From the NCBI RefSeq assembly GCF_001194135.2, contig NC_068986.1, forward strand, positions 102,429,484-102,464,789: a stretch of DNA of 35,306 bases, given 5' to 3'. This DNA comes from Octopus bimaculoides. Its lineage: Eukaryota. Shown piece by piece: positions 1-11,324 of the stretch. The notes under the pieces are model-generated. The model ran no database searches and was not told where the DNA came from. It was given only the letters and a program-made list of their open reading frames with translations. How positions within the stretch are numbered: position 1 is the first letter of the stretch; the number at the start of each line of letters is the position of its first letter. Position numbers and translations under genes: made by a program.

Positions 1-31
<31 letters not shown>

Positions 32-32
32 A
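1..32. repeat. (TA)n microsatellite
   Basis: Direct reading of the dinucleotide run. Confidence 0.95.
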
Positions 33-389
33 CAATCTCTCTTCATAAGCCAAAGGCATGAATAGCTGATAATGAAAAAGTATATTCCGAAAAGGAATAT
101 TTTGAGGAAAAAATAAATCTTGAATTTATTTCGTTGCCTTTTTAAATATGGACTGAAAAATATTCCGTACTGAAAGGTACCTAATGATGAGTCAACCTCT
201 TCAATCACCATATTTGTCGAAAGCAGCAGCAAGTCGAAATGATATTCCTTTCATACACGACCAATATAAAACTTCGCAGCAGTCCACATGCACAAGCGCA
301 CTATAATTCATCGACACACTATAATTACGTAGAAACACACATGCACACACCAGTACAGATGCTTATACATGTGTGTGGGCGCGTGTGTG

Positions 390-830
<441 letters not shown>

Positions 831-1016
831 TTCTATGTGTGCATGTATATATTCCTAAATATCGATGTATGTATGTTTGTATGTAAACCAGAAATCTCAT
901 GCAATAACTGAAGATATACATCTGGAAAAATGAAACGATACCATGTGATATATACATGGATTTTGTCTTAAATCTCTATATACGTATATATACATATATA
1001 TATATATATATATACA

Positions 1017-1742
1017 NNNNNNNNNNNNNNNNNNNNNNNNNNNNNNNNNNNNNNNNNNNNNNNNNNNNNNNNNNNNNNNNNNNNNNNNNNNNNNNNNNNN
1101 NNNNNNNNNNNNNNNNNNNNNNNNNNNNNNNNNNNNNNNNNNNNNNNNNNNNNNNNNNNNNNNNNNNNNNNNNNNNNNNNNNNNNNNNNNNNNNNNNNNN
1201 NNNNNNNNNNNNNNNNNNNNNNNNNNNNNNNNNNNNNNNNNNNNNNNNNNNNNNNNNNNNNNNNNNNNNNNNNNNNNNNNNNNNNNNNNNNNNNNNNNNN
1301 NNNNNNNNNNNNNNNNNNNNNNNNNNNNNNNNNNNNNNNNNNNNNNNNNNNNNNNNNNNNNNNNNNNNNNNNNNNNNNNNNNNNNNNNNNNNNNNNNNNN
1401 NNNNNNNNNNNNNNNNNNNNNNNNNNNNNNNNNNNNNNNNNNNNNNNNNNNNNNNNNNNNNNNNNNNNNNNNNNNNNNNNNNNNNNNNNNNNNNNNNNNN
1501 NNNNNNNNNNNNNNNNNNNNNNNNNNNNNNNNNNNNNNNNNNNNNNNNNNNNNNNNNNNNNNNNNNNNNNNNNNNNNNNNNNNNNNNNNNNNNNNNNNNN
1601 NNNNNNNNNNNNNNNNNNNNNNNNNNNNNNNNNNNNNNNNNNNNNNNNNNNNNNNNNNNNNNNNNNNNNNNNNNNNNNNNNNNNNNNNNNNNNNNNNNNN
1701 NNNNNNNNNNNNNNNNNNNNNNNNNNNNNNNNNNNNNNNNNN
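1017..1742. other. Assembly gap
   Basis: N run flanked by (TA)n on both sides. Confidence 1.
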
Positions 1743-2110
1743 TATATATATATATATATATACATACATATATATGCATATCTATTACTGTAGAGATTCA
1801 TATCAGTGTATGCTAATATAATGTACGCAATTATTTCTGCATATGCATCGGTGTGTGTCGAAATTTATTGTTTACAAAAAAGTCATGAAACTTCATACAC
1901 ACCTAAATATAGATACGCTTGCTTCTATGTACATGAGGTTGTAAAAATATACTTGTTTGTGTGTTTCTCTGTGTATGTATGTGGTATGTGTGTGTCTGTC
2001 TGTATACTCATTTATATACTTATATAACAATGCACGTTTTCGTAATTATATAATCACACTCATATATTATATATATGTGCATATATCTGTATGTGTGTGT
2101 ATATATGTAT

Positions 2111-2158
<48 letters not shown>

Positions 2159-2398
2159 NNNNNNNNNNNNNNNNNNNNNNNNNNNNNNNNNNNNNNNNNN
2201 NNNNNNNNNNNNNNNNNNNNNNNNNNNNNNNNNNNNNNNNNNNNNNNNNNNNNNNNNNNNNNNNNNNNNNNNNNNNNNNNNNNNNNNNNNNNNNNNNNNN
2301 NNNNNNNNNNNNNNNNNNNNNNNNNNNNNNNNNNNNNNNNNNNNNNNNNNNNNNNNNNNNNNNNNNNNNNNNNNNNNNNNNNNNNNNNNNNNNNNNNN
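2159..2398. other. Assembly gap within (CA)n/(TA)n/(TATG)n microsatellite
   Basis: N run flanked by simple repeats. Confidence 1.
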
Positions 2399-2402
2399 TA
2401 TA

Positions 2403-2435
<33 letters not shown>

Positions 2436-3044
2436 ATGTATATACATGCACACACACACGCACATGCACTGACCTACATACACATACACACGCTTATTGA
2501 AATTCCTATACATGCACATATGCCCGCTTTCCCTACAGTAGCACACATTGAGTTTCTATAGATATTCTGCTTTGCAATAGGAATCAAAATGTGTAACTCG
2601 TAAGTGCTAACGTGACATGATATTACTTGCTGAGCGCCGGAAATAAGGTTGTGAAATGAATGCGTATATCTCGACTTTACAAATTAACACGAATGTATGT
2701 TGAAAGCAGACATACATACGCCAATTCCCATACTCCTTGTTGCCCTGTCGACCAGTATCTTTAATTTAAAACACGATTAAATATACACAGCATTATTGTA
2801 GGAAAAGCCACCCTTATATATCCTTAGTGTTCCTCTGCGGATATTAGTGTTGGATACAATTAGTTATAGTACCTTAGTGTCCGTATATTGAAATTGCTTT
2901 CCACTCTAGAGTTACTACACAAATGTGAAGCTCCCAATTTTATAGACCACAAAATATAGTGGTGATCATAAATTTAAAAGCACTAATGGTTAAGAAATAA
3001 TTATATAAACAAATATATTATTTAATATAAATAGATAAATATGG

Positions 3045-5276
3045 CTGATATTCCATTGGTATCCGCTGACGACAAAGTCTATGTTCTCTGCGATGAGAGC
3101 GCATGTGACTCCGCAGTCTAGAGACCGGAGGACACTGGCACTCACAGATGTCACTGTGATAGTGTGTTGACTTGACTGAGGTGGAAGCTTCTCTGTGACC
3201 TCTTTATCTTGCTGGTTCAATACGCTCTTCGAAGGCAGCTGCTGCGTGTGAGTTGAGAGAACTCTACGCTGATCTGTCTTCGGCAGGGGCTTTGACTTTA
3301 CGTGGTTTAATGCCGCTCTGTTTGAGGTTGCTTTTCAGGATATCTGTGAACCTCGATTTAGGTCATCGTCGTTTGCGTGAGTCCTGTGTGAGGCTTACCT
3401 GGGCCTTGCGTGAGCCCTCCGTAAAGTAGCACTCTGTATACACGGTTTCCAGCCATTCTGATGACATGGCCAGTCCAGCGTGACTGCAACTTGAGCAAAA
3501 TTGACTCAATGCTTGGTAAACAAGCCCAGTCTGGTACTTCTTGACTTGTCACACTGTCCTTTCCATGATCCTGCACATTGACCTTTCGCGAAATAGTTCC
3601 AGCTCTTTGATGTGTCGACGGATTTGGGGTCCATGTTTGACACCCATATATTAATGTAGATATGACTACAGCCTCTTAGATCTAGATCTTCGTCGATAGA
3701 GTTCTGCTTTTCTCCCGGAGTACTTTCAGTCTTCCAAGGGTCGGGATGGCATGTGGATTCTGGATTATATTTCGCACTCTAATGATCCATTGGCTGAGAT
3801 TGTGCTGCCAAGATACCTGTAAGTCTACACACACTTAAGCTGAACTCCCTCAATGGTGTTGTTTGGCTAGATTGTGTGCTGGGTTGCTTGGACTAGGACC
3901 TCTATTTTTTCCAAAGGCTGTTGGTCAGTCCTAAAAGATTTGACACTTTTGCAAAGCGACCAACAATGGTCCACAGGTGATTTTCGTTGTGTGCCATAAG
4001 GGTACAATCATCTATAAATATGGTTGAATTATAAACTTTTCCCATGTGTTCATTCAAGCAGAGAATCGGCAGAGGTCAAAAGCAGATGTCTGAGCGATAT
4101 TTGATCTATATAACTAGGTCTAGGTATTTCATTGTGTAAAGAAGGACTTGTGTGAAGAACAAGTTCAAGAAGACCGGGACGAGTACACAGCCCTATTTTA
4201 CGCCATTGGAAATGTTGAAAGAGTTGGTACAGTCATCATTGCAAAGGTCTTGACGTGTCATATTGTCATGAAAGATTTTTATCAATGAGGTGAAATAGTG
4301 TGGGTAGCCCAAGTTAGTTAGGTTGATCCACATAGCTCTATTGGTGACTGTGTCGAAAACTTTGGTCAGGTCCATGAACACACTCGAAAGATACATTAGG
4401 CTTCAGGTAAGCAGTTTTCAGAGACACTGCTAATTAGTTTCTTAAAGAGGAGTCCGACCAGGATTTTTCCAACAACAGAAAGCAGGGAATTACCCCTGTT
4501 ATTTCTGCAGGCAAATTTAACTCCTTTGCTTTTGTAGAGCGTAATTATGGTTGCGTCTCGGAAGTCTGCAGGTATACTATCTTCCCTCAAATGGATACAA
4601 GGTTATCATTGAATGTACTGAAAATGCCTTGCAAAGCTCTGCAGAAATTCTATCTTCTGGAGCTTCGACACAGCTCGTTTCTTCTGTGACAGTCTTGAAT
4701 TCCTCTACACTCGGCAGCAAATCAAAGTTTTTGAGTAGAGGATTGTGAGGTATTTGCTGCAATGATTCCTAGTCGACAGTATATGACCGGTTTAAGAGTT
4801 GGCTGAAGTGCTCCTTCCGTCTTGCCCTGATTCATTTTGTGTCATTGGTGCCTGTTGAGTCATCAGCAGACATCAAATAGGACTGTTCCGCGTAGGGAGG
4901 GGCCGTAATCAGTCTTGATGGCACTCTACAATATCTTGAAGCTGTTAGTGTCAGCGTAGAGTTGTACGTCTTCAGATTTCTACTCCCAACATCAGTTTTG
5001 CATGCTAGGAGGCGTCCCCTGGGCTCTCGATTGACAGTCCTGTATCTGTCACGCCACGCAGAGCAGTTTGGGGGCTTCAACCAATCGGTGTATGTCTTTA
5101 TCTTGTCTGTACAGCCTCGTTGTTGTCAGCAAACCAGCCTTGAGGAAGCTTTCCCTTTGGGCCTAGAACTTATCTGGATGTCTCTGTTTTGGATGTATTT
5201 TGATCTGATTACACTGTTCCTCTCGTCCACTGTTTGGGACAAGCTTTCTTTAGGAGTCCAGGAGACTAATGTATGA
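3045..5276 (-). mobile_element. Decayed, 5'-truncated RTE-clade (BovB-like) LINE: linker, reverse transcriptase and C-terminal region
   Basis: Minus-strand translations follow RTE order across stops and frameshifts: LGPKGKLPQGWFADNNE; LPSVEEF...RISAEL; IPADFRDATIITLYKSKG...NNRGNSLLSVVGKIL; FMDLTKVFDTV...FHDNM...SNGVK; catalytic FIDD (4018-4007, from F/YADD); LPSIESILLKLQSRWTGHVIRM...LLYGGL; RFTDILKSNLKQ...AEDRSA; a terminal zinc-finger-like ...LRSHMRSH. Confidence 0.93.
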
Positions 5277-6317
5277 TATAATATAGAACCATAATTTGGG
5301 CTGCCATAGAAAATGATAACTGGATTCTCTCAAACACCGCCTAGTTGCTACGTTGATTGTAAATGTGTAAATGTTCAATTACCATGCCCAAGTGATGCGG
5401 GTATCGAGTTCCTAAATCCTTGAACTTCACATGCAAAGACTGAGCCCACTTTTAACTTTTCCTTGAACAGTGATTTATGAAAGTCTACTTGGATCTTCCT
5501 CTAAGGATATGGCTATTCGTAATTCTTTCATCAATGTCATTATATGGCTTTAAAATACAAGTTCACTCTGATTTTCACTGTAGAGTGTCGTATGCAGTAT
5601 ATGCATCTTTCTCCGGTTATCTGACGTGTGTTCACAACAATTCAGTTTGAATGTGGTATACATCTCCATTGAAGGAAACATCCGTACGATTTTACAGTGT
5701 GGGGAGTTGTAATGCTTTCTGTGGCATGAGCTAAATCCCGCAAGTTCGACTCTAAGTGTGGTGTGGATGTATATGATATATGTGTGCATATTTCAACATA
5801 TATAAATACGCATACACTAATATTTACATACACACGTACACACACAAACAAAAAACACTCATACATTCATACACACTGAGACGCATGTTTAACACATTTT
5901 TAGAATTTAATTTTTAGATGTAACCGTAGTTGTATCTATATTTCTCTACTCTGGTGTAAATCTGTCGCTTTGAGACGCCATGGCACTTTGTGACTAATTT
6001 AATAAATAGGTATGCTTGCATTCCTTTTAGTTTAGTTTGGGTAAATGTATAACAGAATATCATACGTGTGTAGGAATGAGAGACAAATTGTGTGTGATAT
6101 TTACAGAGAGGTGAATAGCATATGAGAGACAGAGACAGAGAGACAGTGACTGAGGAGGGACTTAGAACGAATTATACTCTTTGAAGTTATATGAATATAA
6201 ATACAAATAAATATTCAAATTCATATATTCATATTTAAACTGTGTAATAACTTTTTTGTAATTTGTAATATATCTTATTCATTTTATTTTACAAATACTT
6301 TCCTGCATTCATAAATG

Positions 6318-6465
<148 letters not shown>

Positions 6466-7843
6466 TATAAATTTCTCATCGTCAGGGAGATCTTAGAATT
6501 TTATTCCAAATATTTGATTCCATTTATCTTGATGATTCAGATTCTTGTTGTTCTTTACATTTGTTTGCCGAATTTGTTAAAAACTTTTCTGCGTGTATTC
6601 GTAGATATTTTGAAAAAAAAAAACGGGATAATAACCTCGTTGATTTTGACATTGATGTTTTAATCTGATTTCGTATAATACAGAGTGGAAGATAAAACGA
6701 TAACTACTTTTGATTTGAATAACGTAATGAGGCATTATTCTTCTATACTTCTTTCGGGGACTTATAACGAAATTAGACTCTTTCATCAGTTGCGTATCTT
6801 TTAGTCTTTGATGTGTTTTACTGAGTAAATTATAGAAACATACATTAATCAAGGTTATTATATTTTTTTTTAATACAATCCATAAAATTTGCTTCTTTGG
6901 CTTCCACATTCTGGCCTAAAATGAATAGAAATTGCCTAAAATCGAATATCACGGCACACTTATTCACTTAAATGCACACGAGCACAAACTAATACACACA
7001 CGCACGCACATATACATTATATGTATATATACACGCACATATATATAGGTGCGCACACACATGCACATATTCATATGGGTGTGTATGATTGAAGTCAGTT
7101 TCGTAACAAAGTTATACACCATTGACTATTGCTAGTAAAATGCAATAATGTTGCATTAACATCTGTCACCAAATGTTGTGTGATTGTTTTTGTGTGTGCC
7201 TGTTTTTTTGTGTTTTTGTGTGTTTGTAAGTATGTGCATACCTATGTAAGAGTGTATTTGTATGCAAGTCAATACGTTTGTTTCTCATTGATTGAAAAAA
7301 CCGCATTGGATGTGTATATCGCTTTTCGAACATGAAACTCAAATAAGTACATGCCCTCAGATAAGCACCGTCGGATGATTTGACGATTTTATGAGGATGT
7401 CACACAATGGCGGCAATTCAATCAATTTTCCGGGTATATTTGAGCGTATGTACTTGCTGTGTGCGTGAGTTCATTTTTGTGAACCTTGAATTCTCAAAAT
7501 CGTATATTCTTAATATTTCTCATTTGAAATTTACAACATAATATTCGCTAGTCTGGGAAATCATGTTAACTCCCGGACTCATTCTAATTCTTCTTTTAAT
7601 CTGATTTACCCTCATTTCATTGGCACCATTAATTATATGATCTCTGCAATCTATGTCAGACCTTTGACGTAAAACAACAACGTAACATATGCCTATCTTA
7701 AGTTTCATCTATCTACATAAGATTATGGCAATGACAAAAGAGACTCAGAAATATCTAAGCTCATAGGAAACACTTGGGTTTCTATAAATTCCAGGGTGTC
7801 TGAATTCCAGAGGCTAAAATCTAAGCTGAGAAGACCTTTTTTG

Positions 7844-8194
7844 TGACTGTCACCGGCAAAAACATTTTCTTCACATTCCTTTAATCCAAAGTCTAATTTG
7901 ATTCAGAATTATGCATTTAAAAGATAGACTATATCTCATATTAAAGTTAGAGTTTTAATGACCGTCACCAGCAACAACATTTTGTTCACATTCCGCTAAT
8001 CCCAAATCTAATTTGATTCAGAATTATGCATTTAAAAGATAGACTATATCTCATATTAAAGTTAGAGTTTTAATGACCGTCACCGGCAACAACATTTTGT
8101 TCACATTCCGCTAATCCCAAATCTAATTTGATGCAGAATTATGCATTTAAAAGACAGAATATATCTCATATTAAAGTTAGAGATTTTATGACCG
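7844..8194. repeat. 115-bp tandem repeat, three copies
   Basis: The anchor AC(T/C)G recurs at 7846, 7961, 8076 and 8191, a period of 115. Units share CAGAATTATGCATTTAAAAGA and ATATCTCATATTAAAGTTAGAG. Confidence 0.95.
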
Positions 8195-9361
8195 AGATAC
8201 ACAGGACAAATTCTGATGCCCCAAATATCAATGACGGCAACCGCACGAATATTTTCCATTCTAAACGTCAATGAACAAGTGGAATATTCTTGAAATCTGT
8301 TGATCAACAAATACTCACAAACATATCTCTCATATCTATATCTAGTTCCATAGAGAAATCAATCTTACATTCGGGTACGTATTTGAATCGATATATATAT
8401 ATATTGTAAAGACTGACCCATTCTCATTGCTATAGGCTGGCTGAAATCAGACATGGCATAATCAATATTACTTTTCAATAAATGAGTATTCGTTTCTGTC
8501 TCAGAACATAATTCCCAGCGGGTTACTTATGACTAAAAATAATAGCGTATATAATAGAGCAGATGTATATTCTAAGCTTGTTGATACTTTAGCTTCATGT
8601 CTGTTACATGTCAATGCGAAATTAACTTTACTTATATTCCATTTCGTTTTGCCAAAGTCATGAATATATTCCAATTTCGTTTATATCTAATTTTCAGCGC
8701 TTCGGGCTAGAAGCGAAATACGAATGGCCGAAAAGTAACACACACAAACATATGTCTTCATGTATGCACATATATTTGTATGTGTGTATTCAGCTTGTGC
8801 GTTTCTCTGTGTGGGTGTTTTTATGTCTGTGTATGTTTTTGCATAGGTTACTTTTGTGTGACTCATTTACTGTGAAGGCACATATAATATATCAAGTTAA
8901 ATAAACTGTAACGCCAAAATACGCAGTTATTCAACATCGTAAGCCTATGCATTACATGGGCTACATTATAGTTTTGTTGATGGCAATTTGTATGAGTAAC
9001 ATATCACAATAGTCACCACCTCATATTCGTTACTACAAATCTATGTTTCTTTAATAAGATTGAAGGATACTTTTCATATCGTATCAGATGCAAAGAAATG
9101 ATTCTTAAAAGAGAGTAGGATTAAAGGTCGCATTTGAAAGCAACAAAGAAATATGAGTGTAATTTTAAGAGAATATTCGTGTAAGCCTAAATACTCAGAA
9201 AGTAAAAATGATGACACCGAATAAGTACCACTTGAGAACACTCCAAGGATACAGCTAAATAACTAACGACACATAATCTCTTTATAACATTTACTGAGTA
9301 TACATTACGTGGGAAGAGCAGTAATGGATATGTATGTCTGATGATATGTTCATATATATAA

Positions 9362-9596
9362 ATGCAGCGTGTTGGCAGAATCGTTAGCACGCCGGGCTGC
9401 AATGCTTAGCGGTATTTCGTCTGCCGCTACGTTCTGAGTTAAAATTCCGCCGAGGTCGACTTTTCCTTTCATCCTTTCGGGGTCGATAAATTAAGTACCA
9501 GTTACGCACTGGGGTCGATAAAATCGACTTAATCCGTTTGTCTGTCCTTGTTTGTCCCCTCTGTGTGTAGCCTCTTGTGGGCAGTAAAGAAATATG
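9362..9596 (+). mobile_element. tRNA-derived SINE (family A)
   Basis: A-box-like TGGCAGAATCG at 9373-9383 and degenerate B box GAGTTAAAATTCC at 9436-9448. The body matches the copy at 29614-29830. Confidence 0.85.
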
Positions 9597-9606
9597 NNNN
9601 NNNNNN
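9597..9606. other. Assembly gap (10 N)
   Basis: N run between two identical SINE segments. Confidence 1.
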
Positions 9607-9787
9607 TTCGTCTGCCGCTACGTTCTGAGTTAAAATTCCGCCGAGGTCGACTTTTCCTTTCATCCTTTCGGGGTCGATAAATTAAGTACCAGTTACGCAC
9701 TGGGGTCGATAAAATCGACTTAATCCGTTTGTCTGTCCTTGTTTGTCCCCTCTGTGTGTAGCCTCTTGTGGGCAGTAAAGAAATATG
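9607..9787 (+). mobile_element. Second copy of the SINE family A body, possibly an assembly duplication
   Basis: By eye identical to about 9417-9596 and separated from it only by the 10-N gap. Confidence 0.7.
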
Positions 9788-9896
9788 TATTTCGTCTGCC
9801 GTTACATACTGAGGTCAAATTCCGCCGAGGCCGACTTTGCCTTTCATCCTTTCGGGGTCGATAAATTCAGCACTAGTTGTGTACTGGAGTCGACCT
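9788..9896 (+). mobile_element. Diverged partial SINE family A copy, head-to-tail with the previous copy
   Basis: TATTTCGTCTGCCGTTAC...GAGGTCAAATTCCGCCGAGG...CATCCTTTCGGGGTCGATAAATT with several substitutions. Confidence 0.8.
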
Positions 9897-10192
9897 AAAG
9901 TAGAAAATATAAGGATATATGCATATATATTCATGGTACATTTTGGTTATCTCTCCCAATTAAAAAAAATTCCCATTAAAAGATTGGGTTATCTCACACT
10001 GAAAAAAATGAATTTATGTGGCGATAAGAGATTGGATTAAAATGGTGAGATCCTTCGGATTCAATACTTCAACGAACTGTTGACGTTTGACCTCCCCAAT
10101 AGGCATGCTATGATTTGTTATAAAAATGTCATCAGATTCAATAAGATGCTAAATTGACAAATATCCGTCAAATGTAAATAATGTAAATAATT

Positions 10193-11197
10193 GTGGTTGG
10201 TGGTTAGTTTTGATATTATTGCTAATCCTATTATTAATAGTAGAAGTATTAGTATTATTGAAAATACCTATTATAATATGATTTGAATTGATAGTATCAA
10301 AGTGCAAGCTAGTGTGTGCTTCGGTTTCTGGTGTGTGCCCATTAATCTCAGAAGTGGGAATCACATTAGGTGTGATTAAGTTGTTTAAAGTGATCAGGCC
10401 ATGGGTGTTAGATGTGTTATTGTCATCGGTGTTGGTGTTTTCGCTGTGTAGATCTATGGTAGGATTAGTGATGATAGATTCTATATTAGGTGTAGATGAA
10501 TAGAATAATTTTAAAGTGGATCTGTTAAAGATTGAACGGTACTTATGGTAACATGGGAAATTGGATTCTACTATTTTAAAGAATGGTTTAGCGAAGCCTT
10601 TCACGTTTAAATCGAAAGGTGTATACCATAGAATAAATCTCCCGCCGCTTTTACTAGGCAACTTAGGAGAGGTGTAATTCCTAGTGAGCGCTAGGGGAGA
10701 GTTGGAAGTTCTATTATTAGTATTGGTGTTCGTAGTTCGAGTGGTGTGTGCGCGGGTGGTAGGTTGGAGGGGTGGTCTATTCGTAGTAGGAGGGTTTGGG
10801 TTTACAATATTTGTGTTCGTTTGTCTAGAGCTAAATTTCGAGAGGTGTTCCTTAAGTCTAGTGTTGGGTATAAATCTAATCTTCTGGGAGAAACCGCTAG
10901 CAGCTAGAGATTCGTTGTTGTAATTAGCGTAGTTATTAAAGATTTCTAATTGCGGATAGATCGGATATTCTGATGCATATGCTTTTGATTATACACTCGA
11001 AAGTAGATTTGTGGTGGCCAGATTCTGTGTTGATGTATTTAAGTTGTTGATTGGGTTTATGATATGGGAAGCATAGTGAAGAATTTAGATCTAACGTAAC
11101 ATCCAGAAATTTTGCTGTTTTGAAAGAGCTTTCAAAAAAGATAGAGAGGTCAAAGTTGATGAAGAATATGTTTTTTCTGTTTTTTCCAATGCAGATG
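10193..11197 (-). mobile_element. Penelope-like element fragment (PLE-1): RT C-terminal/thumb region, truncated at both ends
   Basis: Translations KFLDVTLDL...PYHKPNQQLKYINTESGH...IRISDLS, LAASGFSQKIRF and ILWYTPF...FKIVESNFPCYHKYRSIFNRSTLKLFYSSTPNIESII match the PLE RT C-terminus and linker. Confidence 0.85.
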
Positions 11198-11324
11198 TTG
11201 TTGAACATGTCAAGAGACCTGTATTTTGACCCTCTCCAAAGCATTAATTGTTGGGCTTTATTCGAAATGTAAACAACATTTCCCAGGGACTTTTACATTT
11301 CAGTTATCATCATCAGCATTATCA
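11198..11324 (-). repeat. Inverted partial pLTR, the reverse complement of 12879-13006
   Basis: The reverse complement reads ATGATAACTGAAATGTAAAAGTCCCTGGGAAATGTTG...TCTCTTGACATGTTCAACAA and aligns to 12879-13006 at roughly 80% by eye. Confidence 0.85.

Noticed and set aside
181-240. UGAUGAG...CGAAAGC hammerhead-like string
   Set aside because: C3 is missing, stem II is mismatched, there is no UH triplet, and stem I cannot be formed.
5280-5790. Possible RTE endonuclease upstream of the LINE, or an exon (ORF 5550-5789)
   Set aside because: No AP-endonuclease motifs could be read in any frame.
6577-6909. 110-aa minus-strand ORF
   Set aside because: AT-rich and Lys/Ile-biased, with no recognisable domain or splice context.
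7844-8194. CRISPR-like array
   Set aside because: The whole units are repeated with no unique spacers and no cas genes, and the context is eukaryotic.
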